A DNA stretch of 64,000 nt from Felis catus. Its lineage: Eukaryota. This document shows, in pieces, positions 50,890 through 62,910 of the stretch. Location: assembly GCF_018350175.1 (NCBI RefSeq), contig NC_058368.1, positions 80,786,001-80,850,000 of the forward strand, written 5' to 3'. A model generated the notes under the pieces. It had not been told where the DNA came from, made no database searches, and saw nothing but the letters and a program-made list of their open reading frames with translations. Numbering within the stretch: the stretch's first letter is position 1; each line of letters starts with the position of its first letter. Position numbers and translations under genes: made by a program.

Positions 50890-51320
50890 AGGGTGGCCCG
50901 TGTCTGAACTATTTATTAACTGAAACGTGAATGGGCGAATGAAGGGCCAATTTATATGTTACACAGGGAGATGTATTACGACTGCCTTAAACATTGATTT
51001 CCTTCCTCGGTGTATTCTTGGTTGGGATATAGACGCAGAGGAGGGCAATAATGGGGGGTGTCCTTATCAGATGTTGGATATTTCCCCAGACTGTCTGCAA
51101 CCATTAACCTTCATATTATCTGACTTTAGTGATTAGTACAAGGCACGTAAAACCGTATTGATGGCCGGTCTTGGATGAGAAGGACGAGCTGAGTTATGGG
51201 GGCTGGGTTCTGCTGACTCTGTGATACCACGATAGCATGAACGCTGCTGCCGTGGAATTGCTAATTTGTCATTTCTTTCATGGTGTCGTCCAAGATGCGG
51301 ACTAATGAATGAAACAATGA
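50890..51320. promoter_or_regulatory. Candidate conserved non-coding element
   Basis: tttattaac, ccaatttatat, aacattgatt, ccttatcagatg (GATA plus E-box), ccattaacc, attatctg, tgattag; repeat-free. Confidence 0.42.
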
Positions 51321-51765
51321 CCGTGTGGTGCGGCTTTCCTGGGAGTGTGCTCCGGGGAGAAAGTGTCAAGCTGCTCTGTTACCAGTGCCTCCTTCCAGAG
51401 CTGTGCCAGTGGCCACGCGGCCTGTAGCTCCAGAATACCAACTGCGCTTTCGTTCCTCTGGCTCTCTTTGCTGTCTCCGCCGGGCACACCAGTGGGCTTG
51501 CATTTTAATCAGGAAGACCCAGATTCGTGTACTCTTCATGTGTGGTCCTCCTGAGCCTCCAGCCACTCAGAGCTCTGGACCCCCTTCAGAGCGGGCTCTC
51601 CAAGCTTGTTCATAAAAGGGAGCCTGAAACTGTGGTGCGTCACCTAAAAGAGAAATGAGCCCACGTCGGCAGCCTCTACCCAAACCTGTGTCCTTACGAT
51701 CAGGACCAAACTGCCAGCCTGAGTATGGCATCGGTGAGGCCGGAGGCAAACTTAGAATTATGGCC

Positions 51766-51966
51766 CTTCCTTCCTTCCTTCCTTCCTTCCTTCCTTCCTT
51801 CCTTCCTTCCAGGGGACAGAGAAAGAGGGAGACACAGAATCCAAAGCAGGCTCCAGGCTCCGAGCTGTCAGCACAGAGCTCAACGCGGGGCTTGAACTCA
51901 GGAACCGCGAGATGGTGACCCGAGTGGAAGCCGTACGCGCAACTGACCGAGCTCGCCAGGTGCCCC
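51766..51966 (-). mobile_element. Can-SINE ending in (GGAA)n instead of the normal (CT)n/poly-A end
   Basis: SINE body 51811-51966; (cctt)n 51766-51810; TSD agaattatggccctt / agaattatagcactt encloses both. Confidence 0.9.
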
Positions 51967-52609
51967 AGAATTATAGCACTTTCAAAGGTGGAGAGGGCCA
52001 GGATGATTGTCTTGCCCAGAAAAGCCCGAAGCAAGTGGTCCAACCAGAAGTGCATTAGGCCTTCAGACCCAGAGCTACAGTGTCCCCATCCCTGGTCTGT
52101 CTGCAGATGCTACACGCAGCAAGGTGACTGCTTCGGGCTTTGTTCACAGAGTGCGTTTGCTCAGACATCGCTGGAGTTGGCTGGTTTCTCCCTGTCAGGT
52201 GCCTGTAGATGTTGGCAGGTGCCACCAGAGGATGGCAGCGCGTGGAATTCTGGCAGGCGGGTGGGTAGGGTAGTAAGGGAGAGAAAGTCTCCATTAAAGG
52301 ATGTTTTCTTCTAAGAAATTTTCAATTAAAATGTGCATTTGTCTGTTTCTTATAAGGTCTTAAACTCTGAAGTAGAAGTGGTAGCAATTAATACAATAGT
52401 GATGTAAATCAATACAGTTTTCTTGGCCAGCGTATTGCTTCTGAAGACGTAAGCAGTAAGAGTTTAATATCTTACTTGGCTTGGTCACCTATGTCGGGTC
52501 TTTTCTTGAAGTCCGAAGTGTTCTGTGGACATACGTGACACCTCTGGGCTCTCTCCACCTCGCTTGCTTTGTTTCTGGCCTCATCTGAGGGCAGCTCCGG
52601 AGCATGGTC

Positions 52610-52900
52610 CCATTCACTCATTCACTCACTGGGCACCTGCCCTGTGTCAAGCCCCAGGGGTGAGGTGGTGACCAGAACCAGCAATGGCACCCCCTCCCCC
52701 GCCCTCACAGAGCTTCTTGGTCCCATAGGGAAGAGAGATGTCGAACAGTAACTGGCTGTCCTATACTTGATCTTAGCCAAAAGGCCGAGAAGCAATAGAA
52801 ACTGGGTGTCCTGAGGCAGGACAGAGCTGCAGGCATGCAGCACGGGCACGTACCTGGAGGGCAAGCAGGTGGGTCCTGAGAGACAGGGAGGAAAGAGCCC
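52610..52900 (-). mobile_element. LINE-2 3' end, host of the U2 retrocopy
   Basis: cattcactcattcactcactgggcacctgccctgtgtcaagcc...cccgccctcacagagctt...gggaagagaga. Confidence 0.7.
52761..52796 (-). pseudogene. RNU2: 3'-truncated U2 snRNA retropseudogene (U2 nt 1-36)
   Basis: Reverse complement ATTGCTTCTCGGCCTTTTGGCTAAGATCAAGTATAG versus U2 ATCGCTTCTCGGCCTTTTGGCTAAGATCAAGTGTAG (34/36). Flanking direct repeats agtaactggctgtc (52747-52760) and agaaactgggtgtc (52797-52810). Confidence 0.95.
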
Positions 52901-53289
52901 TCAGGGCTTGTTTCCTCTCAAGATGGCTTGCCTGAGGGTCTGCCGGCTTCCCCTTCCAAGACTTCTCCAGGATTTGCAAAGCAAAGCAACGGAGCACTGA
53001 CCTTCGTTTCAGTTTCATCTGTTAGCATCCTCCTGTGCACACATCCAGTCGGCTCTTGTACATCACGTTCTTTGCTCTTGGGAAGTCCGTCCCTGGAGCA
53101 GGCTGCGGAAATCATTCTTGAGTGTCTGACAGAGGTCCACACGTTAATAAACCAAGCCTTGTCGTCTGTCGAACACCTCCATCGGCAGTGTATACACAGT
53201 GCTGGGCACCAAGGCTGTGGACCCTTCATAGCAGACTTTGCAGGGCAGTTCTTCTTGTTAGAAGCCCTCCAGACTTTTGGAAGTATCCT

Positions 53290-54210
53290 CTTATAGAAAA
53301 TTGCAAACACATAAGAAGGAAGATCACAGTATAAGGAACCCATGTTCCTCAACCACCCAGTTGCAGTCATTAGGCACATATAGCCAATCTATGTCATGCA
53401 TACCTCTTCCCACTTACCCCGTCTCATATTTTTGAAACAAACCCAAGACATCATATTATTTCATCTGTAAGAATTTCAGGATGTATTTCTAAAATGGAGG
53501 GACAAGTTTTAATGATAATGACATTGTCACACCTAAAAAGCTACTGATAATTCCTTCAACATCATCAAATACAGTGTTCTAATTTCTGATAGTCTCAGAC
53601 CATGAGTTTTAACAATTTTTGTTTGGTTCGAGATCCAAATAAGATCTATAGATTGCCATGAAGCCTTTTTTAATCTGTAAATTTTCTCCACCATCCTGTT
53701 TTTTCCCCCTGTGTTGCCTGTTGGGGAAATTGAGTTGTTTGCTCTGCAGGGTTTTCTGCTCTTTGAGTTTTGTTGATTGCATCCCTATGGTATATTTCAC
53801 TCCTTCTTCTATCCCCTGTATTTCCTCCAAATTGGTGGTTGGATGCAGAGATGCTCAGCAGGGGATGTATAGCTCAAGGGGCTGCTACTGGCCTCTAGTG
53901 GGTGGGGGCAAGAGTGCCACTCAACAGGATAGCCCCACAGAGAACCATCGGCCCCAGGTTCAGTAGCATCCAGATTGAGAAAGCCCAAAAGCTGGATTAG
54001 AGTGAGGTTGAAGCTTTCGGCAAGGCCGTTTCACAGGTGGGGACGCATTCTTCCAACAGCGGGCACACACACACTGTCTGACTCTCTCTAGGCTTGTGAT
54101 GTTGCCAATAGTCTTCCCAATGGCTACATCCATTAGGGGTTGTGAAATGGCGATGTTGTGAGTCCATCAGTCCTGACTCATTTACTGGCTGGCATACTTC
54201 CATGAGAGGG
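53290..54210 (-). mobile_element. Old L1 (L1MC/ME-like) 3' region, interrupted by MER20
   Basis: aacccaagacatcatattatttcatctgtaa, gtcacacctaaaa, ccaaattggtggttggatgcagag, attaggggttgtgaaatggcgatg. Confidence 0.72.
53870..53986. mobile_element. MER20 (hAT-Charlie) fragment
   Basis: gctgctactggcctctagtgggtgggggc...caggatagccccaca...cggcccc...gattgagaaagcc. Confidence 0.75.
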
Positions 54211-55987
54211 ACCTCCCAGACCTTTGAAGTGTTCTCTTAGTTGTGTCTCTTACCACTCAAGCTACATCTCCAGGGTTGGCCCTTGTACCCAGAAGCACTG
54301 TAAGTTCCCGGTATTGGTCCAGAGCTAGGGTCCCCATAACTGGAAGCATGGGGCACCCTCTTTCCTAGCCCTCAAGGGGATTTTAGATAAAAACAGAGAG
54401 ACGAGGTCTGCACATTCAGCTGTGTCCACTGTGTAGCCATAAAGGGTTTAACACCGAAGGTAACAGAATAAGTACCCCTGACGGCACAGGGTAATTGCAG
54501 TGTGGTTGTGCAGTTGTGGATGTGCGAGTTTAAAAGAGAAGCATCACCTGGGCTGGGGGTTGGAGCTGAGGAGGGGCGGGGAGTGGAGGTGTCTGGTTGG
54601 CAACAGGGTGAGAGTGCAGATTCTGGAACAGACCGTTGGGGTTGGACTTTTGTTTCTTCTGTGTCCTGGACAGTGGATGGTGGCTACCTCACCTTACTGA
54701 AGCTCTCTGTGCTTCCTTCCTCACTGGAGGTTGGGGATAACACTACTCTAGGTCTCCCAGGAATCTGGGGGTCCACAGCTGTCCTCTGTAAGGCACTCTG
54801 CATGGCTCCTGCACATAGCAAGCAGGGTCCTCTCTTATGGTCATGAAATGGGAGAAGTGATGGAGTGCCTTCTGATTTCCCTTCTCATCCTAGTCTTCTG
54901 TGATTCTGACCAGAGCAAGCTCAGTGGCAGGTGTGGGATTTGAACCGGGCCCTCTGAGCTGGGAGGGGTAAGGGAGGCCCTCGAGTGGCTGGAAGGCCAG
55001 GCAGGGCACGATCTCTGGGTTCCACCCAGCACCTCTCCCGTGGGAGAGAATGTGCCCAGGTGTCATTGGAAGAACACACCAGAGAGGCTCTCCCTGCAGT
55101 ACCTGCATCTTGTACAGGTTGGACCAGACAGGAGTTAGGGTCTGGGATATTTTGTTTGGGCCCTAAGGAGAGATTTTCTTCTTTCTGCCCACTCCTGCCT
55201 CTCTAGTCCCGGGAAAAGGCGTGGGCTGTGGTGTCCGGGCATGAGCGGTGAAGGAGGGGATCGTAATGCTTGCTGGCTCTCCCTGGACACATGCGTGTGC
55301 TGACCATCCCCTGGGGATGCGAGGACCCAGCTGGCATAGCACTTGGGTCGACAAGAGCTGGCTTTTACCGCCAGGCACTTTTCAGAGATGAGGTCATTGA
55401 GGGGCGAACAGTCACGGGGATTTTGTTAGGTCAGAAGACTTTGGCTTTGGGGACAGGACTTTCTGATTTTCTGCGTGCTGTGAGCCAGCCTCCTTCCACT
55501 GGGAGGACACGGGCCAAGGGCTGAGATGCTCTGGAGAAGCTCCTGCATGTCAGGGCCTTTTTCCGGGTCTGGGGCGACTCGATCAGCACTCCTGAAAACT
55601 TGATTTTTCCAACTTGTTTCCTTTCTGGCCATTTCATTGCCGAGGACAAATCTGTGTATCCCTTTGCTTAAGGGGGCCCGTCTCTTTGATAAGCACGCAG
55701 TTTTGTGTCTACTTCTTTCCCTGGCCCGCCCCGGTGGGTGTGGGGCTGTGTGGCACCTGTTTCAGTGAGAGTGGGTCATTGTCAAGCTTGCTCCGCTCGT
55801 CTCCATTTGTCACTTACTTCCTGCACCTGCTCAGCCCCACCCCCCTCCCCGACTTGCCCAAACTCCTGTACAGTAAGATGTACCTTCTTCTACTCTTACT
55901 TCAAGTAATCCCTGAGAGTTCAAGATCTCTGTAAGCAGGAGGCATATAGTTTTTTTCCTAGAAAATGTTCATCATTCATTAATTTGC

Positions 55988-56662
55988 TTTTTCTAAAATT
56001 AAAGTTTTAAAGAAGTATTGTATATATGTAGCACATCTGCTTTATCCATTCATCAATCGATGGATATTTGGGTTTTCACTGATGAAAAAAGAATGAAATC
56101 TTGCCATTTGCAACAACGTGGATGGAACTAGAGTGTATTATACTAAGCAAAATAAGTCAGGCAGAGAAAGATATATGATTTCACTCATTTGTGGAAGTTG
56201 AGAAACTCAGCAGATAAACATAGGGGGAGGGAAGGAAAAATAAGATAAAAACAGAGAGGGAGGCAAACCATAAGAATCAAATACAGAGAACAAACTGAGG
56301 GTTGCTGGAAGGGAGGTGGATGGGGGGATGGGCTAAATGGGTTATGGGTACTAAGGAGGTCACTTGTTGGGATGAGCGCTGGGTGTTATATGTAAGTGAT
56401 GAATCACTGGGTCCTACTCCGGAAACCAATACTACACTGTACGTTAACTAACGTGAATTTAAATTAAAAAAAGATTTTTTTAGAGAGAACGTGTGAGTGG
56501 GGGAGAGGGGCAGAGAGAGAGAGAGAGGGAGAGAGAGAGAATCTTAAGCAGGCTCCACACTCTACATGGAGCCCAATGTAGGACTAGATCCCACGACCCT
56601 GGGATCATGACCTGAGCTGAAACCAAGTCAGATGCTGAACCTACTGAGCCACCCAGGAGCCC
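55988..56662 (-). mobile_element. Can-SINE (older subfamily) whose tail is interrupted by an L1
   Basis: SINE body 56475-56662; the TSD attaatttg lies left of the L1 (~55978-55986) and right of the SINE head (~56665-56673). Confidence 0.85.
56012..56472 (+). mobile_element. 5'-truncated, 5'-inverted carnivore L1 3' end
   Basis: 56081-56472 is a sense L1 3'UTR. 56018-56075 reverse-complements to aacccaaatatccatcgattgatgaatggataaagcagatgtgctacatatatacaa, the L1 segment normally just upstream. Confidence 0.9.
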
Positions 56663-57949
56663 ATATTAATTTGTTTGTTAATAGTATGTGCGCTTGCAAG
56701 CACATGCTCAGTGCAGCATAACGCATGAACACACGTTTCTACCCAGATGCTTGCTCCGTGGATGTCCCTGAGCCACGGTGTCTCCTACTCCCTCTGCTAA
56801 ATGACAGGCTCAGTGAAGGCCTGGTTTGCCCCAGGGACCTTGCAGACAGCCTTGTTTCACACCGCCACGAAAGCTGTTTGCCTGAGTTAGGCTGTGCGAG
56901 GTACAGTTTGTGTTGAAGTTCTTCTGGAATTGTCTTCAGTTGGCTTACAAACTCCAGAGAACTTAACTTCCGTATTCTGTAGGACCCCAAATCACAGGGA
57001 TTGGCCTCATTATCTCCCTCATCCTGTCTTGATTCTGAATGGACATGTTTCAGGTGTTTGTCTTATGTTCGAATTTAAGAGGATAAAATCCTATTTGATG
57101 GGGAAAAACTGAATTTGAACCGTAAGGTTGATTACACATAATTTATTAATACACATTAGGTACAGCTGTTAGGTTGTAGATTGGTGACATTTGACCACTC
57201 TTGACCTACGTACATGATGACTTGGTCTGCCTAAACACCTGTGAGTCTGCAGTCGGTGTAGCTATCCTTCCCCAGGTAGTGAAGGTCTGTTTTCTATGAC
57301 ACTGCCCTTACCGATCCAGGGAAGGCTTGAGCCAGGGCTAGTTGGGTAATGATGCTCATGGACTAACCCCGTTTCTTCCTTGGTTCCCCTGGCTGGACGC
57401 TGGTTCCCTCATTGGTCCACACGTCTGGCTGCCTGCGCTCGGGCTGTCCTGCTCTTATTTCAGGGCTGGTATGCTAACCTAGGGGGGTTAGCTCCCCAGG
57501 GGGGAGCCCCCATCTCCTGGGGTCCTGGCTGTGCCTTCCTGGGCAGCTCACCCAGCCACAGCTGGGCTCCACCTCCTACTGGCTGAGGGACAGCAGGTCA
57601 GGATCAGTCCTTCTATCTGTAAGACCCCGTTTCCTCCCAGATAAAAGGGGATTGGTAGTGCTTTCCACTTCAGAGGGCTGCTGTGAACAGAGAACAAGGT
57701 TAACATGAGGAACACGTTTTCCCTAGCACCTGCGCCTCGTAAGGACTCTGTCTTTATTAGCTGCTGTTATTTTTATTATGTGAGGTGAGCAGTTAAAAGT
57801 GAGGACGGGAGGGCTTTATGACCTGCTCAGGGAAGGTGAAGAGAGCTCCCAGCATGACCACCTACTACGTGTTTTCAGACCTGTTACCTCATTTGGATTC
57901 TGTGCCAAAGAAATTGTTGCTCAGAGAGATCGATGATAAAAGTCACCAG

Positions 57950-58160
57950 TGATGATAATAGCAGCTGTACTGTGGGTCACTCACCAAGAGTCAGACTCCC
58001 TTTTAAATTTATTCCTCCAACAATCCTGTGAGACAGCCACTGCTGTCACCCCATTTCTCAGACACGGAAGCCAAAGCATGGGAGAGCAGGTGTTTGTCTG
58101 AGGTTATACAGATGATAAATGACAAAGCTGGGCTCTGGATGCAGAGTGATGCGACCCCGG
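57950..58160 (-). mobile_element. MIR
   Basis: aacaatcctgtgagacag...cccatttctcagacacggaagccaaagc...gtctgaggttatacag. Confidence 0.75.
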
Positions 58161-59247
58161 AGCGGCAAAGCCATCTCGCGGACACTCACAGGCACCACAC
58201 CCCTCTTAGGCATGCTTGCTTGGCGTGATGGCCCCAGCCCTGGGACATGTTAACAGTGGGGCCCTTTTCCCTCTGCTGATGCACCTTATGGCATCCACGT
58301 GGGAATGTTTGCACACCTCTGTGCTTCCGGCAGTGACTGAAGGGGTTGCCCCATCTCTCCTTTGCCTTTGCTGAGGAACAGGTAATTGGAGATGGTGCTG
58401 TCTCTGACAGCTGTGCCCTCCCACCCCACGATGCAGAAAGCTTTTACTTAGAGTCTTTTCTTGTATGTTCCCTCCCCACCGCAGACCGTCAGGATTCAAA
58501 TGCAGCATTGCTTCTCCTAGGTTCTGACTGTTAACAGATGGCTGCAGGATTATGGAAGACCGCGGCCAAGTACAGGATGCATTGCCAACCTAGAGGCAGT
58601 CACATTCAAAGGTTTAAAAAAGTCTTACAGAGGTCAGTGGAAACCGAACATACAAACAGCGAACCACGCACCTGAGGTCTCCAATTTCAGGGCGTGGGGA
58701 GGTGGTGCTGGAATGTGGTTCCCTCCTGTCTCTGTATGTTGACTGCCGGAAATCCGCACAGCATCTATTTCCTGGAGGCTCCCATAGCTGCTGGCCCTGC
58801 CCCGTTGCAGCACGTGCACCTGTTAACCGCAATAGCTTCCTTCCTCGTCTCTGTGTCCGTGGGGCACGGCTGTCTGTCTCTCTTGCTGTGCCGTCCGCTT
58901 GGGGGGACCAGAGCCTGGCACATAGGAAGCCCTTGGCATGTAGGTCACGTATGTGTTGGGACCTCTGCTGACAGCCTCTGACCCTGCCTCCTCAAGGACT
59001 CTGTGCTGTTGCTCGAGCACAGGGTGTCGTCCTCTTTGAGAGCCCAGAGGTGGCCGAGCTCTCTGCTCGCCAGCTGGCCTCCCCCATCCATCCTCCGTCA
59101 GAAGTCAGCCATTCTTTAACCACGCAGAGTCGCCATGACCTGCCTCCTCCCACCTACGTCTTGTAGAAGATGCTCAATCCAAACATAATGAAAGAGCCCT
59201 TCTCCCTTTCCTGCTTGGTCTCTTGCCACCCCAGATTGCCTGCAGGT

Positions 59248-59975
59248 TCTTTTGTTTTAATTGTGCTAAAACATGCAGCACATAAAACTAACCATCCTCA
59301 CCATTGTAGGTGTGCGGTCAGCGGCATCGAGCACGTTCCCAGTGTGCTGTGCAGCCCTCTCCACCGTCCATCTCCAGAACGTTCTCATCTTCCCAAACGG
59401 AAGCTCTATTCCCATTAATCACCAGCTCCCTACCCCCTCCCCAATCCTGATGGCCTCCGTTCTACTTCTCATTTCTGTGGATTTGATGACTCTGGGTCCC
59501 TCCTTTGTGTGGAATCACATAGTTGTGTTTTTTGGGGTCTGGCTTATTTCATTCAATATGATGTCTTCAGGGTTCATCCACGTTGAAATGTGTGTCAGAA
59601 TCTTATTCCTTTTTTTTTATTTCCTAATGTTTATTTACTTGTGTGAGAGAGACAGTGTGTGAGCGGGGGAGGGGCAGAGAGCGAGACACAGAATCCGAAG
59701 CAGGCTCCAGGCTCTGAGCTGTCAGCACAGAGCCCGACACGGGGCTCGAACCCACAGACCACGAAATCATGACCTGAGCCAAAGTTGGATGCTTACCGAC
59801 TGAGCCACCCAAGCGCCCCTAAGAATCTTCTTCCTTTTTAAGGCTGAGTAACATTCCATGGTGTGGATGGACCACATATTTGTTTATCCGTCCTCTGTCG
59901 ATGGACACTTGGGTCGCCTCCACTTTTGGCCGTTGTGAATACTGCTGGGAACGAAGGAGTGCAGATATCTGTGTG
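59248..59975 (-). mobile_element. L1MB-type 3' end
   Basis: ttttaattgtgctaaaaca...taccatc...ccatctccagaac...tggcttatttcattcaatatgatgtcttcagggttcatcca...tggacacttgggt. Confidence 0.9.
59608..59819 (-). mobile_element. Can-SINE (SINEC_Fc-type) inside the L1MB
   Basis: TSD agaatcttattccttttt / agaatcttcttccttttt. Confidence 0.96.
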
Positions 59976-61139
59976 AGCCTGTGGGCCCTTGGAGACAGCA
60001 CCCAGCCTCCTCCACGCATTCCTGGGCACTGCTCCCACCGTCCCCTGTCCGCTGTGCACCAACTCCGGCACCTGCCACTTGCCCCATCAAGGCTTGGCAC
60101 AAGTGACCCCCTCCGGAGGGGCCTCCTGGACGCCCGAGCCGAGCCTGTGCCCTCACACTCTGCTCCTCTACCCTCCTCCGTGTTCTCATCGGTTAGCTTC
60201 ACCACTCAGCTACAGGATTAGGCGTGAACCTTTTGGGACTCCGACAAATACATGTGTTGACTGGGTTAACAAAGGGAGAATCAGGCAGTCTGGGCAACTT
60301 AAATTCGTTTGAGTCCCACTCCACACCATCCTTCTAGCCTCAGTACACATCCTGGCTTCCTTTCAGAGCCCTGACTTCTATTCTGCCTTTGTTCTCGAGG
60401 GACCGTCCGGGCCATTCTCACCGACCACAGCTCCTCTCTGCACAGAACACTGATTACCACATGCCCAGCGGTTGGGTGGGTGAGCCAAGGACACAGGGCT
60501 CCACAGAGCCAGTAACCTGCCCCCGAGTGAGGGCGATGCCTTTGTGTGAAGAAATTCCATGCTTTTTATACAATAAAACGTGAAACCACACTGGGAAAAA
60601 ATATGTCAAACTAAATAACGGAAACCACTTTCCATTGACTTCTCAGGTCATTTGACCTGACCCCAAGCCTTAGTGGTCAGCCCTTTGGTTAACTACAGAT
60701 GGCACAAAGAGATTAGTCCCGTAGTTACCGCTGATTCCCTTATTAGTCAATTTCCTGGTTTTATGTTCTGGACTTTGCCCTGGACCCACAACAAAAGCTT
60801 GGTGCATCTGGAGAATGGCACCCATTTGTCACTTGCCGAACCAGACACCCAGGAGAGAAGGAGTCGCACAGATCAGCATCTTTCGTGACAAGAGCCTCCC
60901 GGAGATGTTTATTTGGCCTGCACTGCACCCAATGGGCCTCACCCGCCTGTGCCTCCTGAAAGCCCACACAGAAACAGTATCTACTGCTCCAGGGCCAGAA
61001 GGGTGTTGCCAGAGGTTGTAAGAAATCCACTCTGCCGGTTGACATCCGTCACTGGGGTTACCACCCCCACTTCCCACCCCGTCTCTCTCTCCCTGTTTTG
61101 AAACCACTAAAAGCAGATGGAGTGACTGCACTTCTGTCA

Positions 61140-61550
61140 GTGCGTCTGTGAGTGGTAGCGAAGGTTACATATTAAATGACCTCCTTGGGTGCCAGTTTCG
61201 TAATAAAGCATTTAGTAGCTAGCAAGTCTGTATGTTTGTGCTGGGTAGTTATTTGTTTCACTGAGATTAAAGAACTCTGAACTTTCAGTGTGTGCTATTT
61301 ATTGTATTGAGCTGTGTTTAAAGGAAATCTGCTGCTTTTTCATTGACTGGAGTCTCTAGCTAACAGCACTTTAAAGAAGTGGAAAATGCTCAGTTATCAC
61401 CCGATGTGAGCGGGATCAATAATCGTTTAGTAGCGTCTGATGATTGGAGGGGCTGTTACACACGAGAGCGGTATCTCCTTGAGTGGCTCTTATCAGTCCT
61501 TTGTCCATCTCCCTCTGATAATCAGACCAAAAATATGGGGGGACTTCTCT
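61140..61550. promoter_or_regulatory. Candidate conserved non-coding element
   Basis: atattaaatgacct, tcgtaataaag, gatcaataatcg, tgatgattgg, cttatcag, ctgataatcag; repeat-free AT-rich island. Confidence 0.45.
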
Positions 61551-62751
61551 CTTCTTAAGTCAAGCTTGTGAAAAACACTGGAGATATGATGAAACCCCCC
61601 ACCTCATTGTTGAGCTCAGCCGGCAGGAAGGTCCAGGAGCTGGGTGGCTTTCTGTGACAGATGGGACTGGAAGGTGCACGCTCCACTGAGACACGCATCG
61701 AATGATGTCAGAGAGTGGGTCTCGCAACACTGAGACGACATTTAAGAAATTGGGGTTTAGAGCCCGAAGTCGTTGCCGTTTCCGCCCTCTTCTGACCTTC
61801 AAGCCTGAGTGGGGTCGCGGCACACGAGGCGCGGCAGCCGTCGTCGGGGCACGCTGGCTGCGCCGGGAGCTTTGGTGAGCGCTCTGCGAAAGGAGGCAAA
61901 GGAAGAGTTTCAAGTTATAGTTGGAACCGACTCCTATACTCCAGGATACTGGGCGCTTCAGAGTTCCTGACGGGATCTCTCGAGCCCTGCTCTGGGCAGG
62001 ACACTGTTTTAGGCGTGGGGTCCCAGCTGTGATGGGCCACATGTCTTGACAGTGTCCCTCCGTCCTGGAGGAGTGAGGAGGAGCGGTGGATGGTGTGGAC
62101 ACTGTCGAGGCCTGTGAAGCAGAGTCGTGTCTGGGCTCCAGGGACAGGAAGCCTGTGGCAGGCTTGGGGGCTTGTACACTGTGGTAGATCAGACCCTTGT
62201 CCGTCCCGCCCTTTGCTGTGACACACGACGCCCCCTGGGGGACCAGGCAGAGTCTTCGTCACCACTGGAGTGTCTGCAAACGTGTGGTGACTGATGCCTT
62301 GAACGTGACGGTTCCAGCCTCGAGTGCCTGCACTCTCCCACTCGCTGTGCGGAGAGCAGACTCGCACAGCCGCCAGGCCTGGGCCCCTCGCGGACCCCCA
62401 AAACTGCACACCAGACTGGGGGGGGGGGAGTCTGCACTGTTCTTGGGGAGAGTCCCAGCATCTGTCGCATCACTACCATCGTCCCTGCCTGGCACCCAAG
62501 ATCAAGAAGGTCAAGCACTGTGTATGTGTCATGGGCACCGCTCCTCCTGCCTGGAGCAGGACCTGGCCAGAATAAAGCAAGACGTGCGTGCGCTTCTGCA
62601 GACGTCATCTCTGCACTGTTGCGTGGCTCTGCTGAGCCCGCCCGGGAAGGAGGTTCTCCCCTCAGAGCCGCCCCTCAGCTGCGCCCTCTCCTTGCCTTGA
62701 GCCTAAGCGGAAGGACAGGCCTGGCCTCCCCCCAGCCTGCCCTCCCCCGGG

Positions 62752-62910
62752 CTCATGTGTGTATCCGCTCACACGCACGTGCACACACCCACCTGTGCAC
62801 CCCTGCAGGCACACTGACGCTCACGTGCACACACCCGCCCTCACACACCCACGTGCACGTGCTCATGCCCAGGCATGCGTGTGCCCATGTGTGTGCCACC
62901 ACCACGCTCA
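62752..62910. repeat. Degenerate (CA/TG)n low-complexity tract
   Basis: cacacgcacgtgcacacacccacc... Confidence 0.8.

Larger units (their letters stand above)
59040..60290 (+). mobile_element. LINE-2 fragment split by an L1/SINE insertion
   Basis: L2 motifs at 59040-59240 (ctggcctccc...atcctcc...cagcc...ctcaatccaaac) resume at ~60010-60290 (ggcacaagtgaccccctccggaggggcctcctggac...aaatacatgtgttgactgg). Confidence 0.55.

Noticed and set aside
52928-53296. 122-aa ORF with a helical-looking segment (SLEQAAEIILECLTEVHTLINQALSS)
   Set aside because: Non-ATG start, no family recognised and no convincing splice sites; probably chance. A BLASTp search would settle it.
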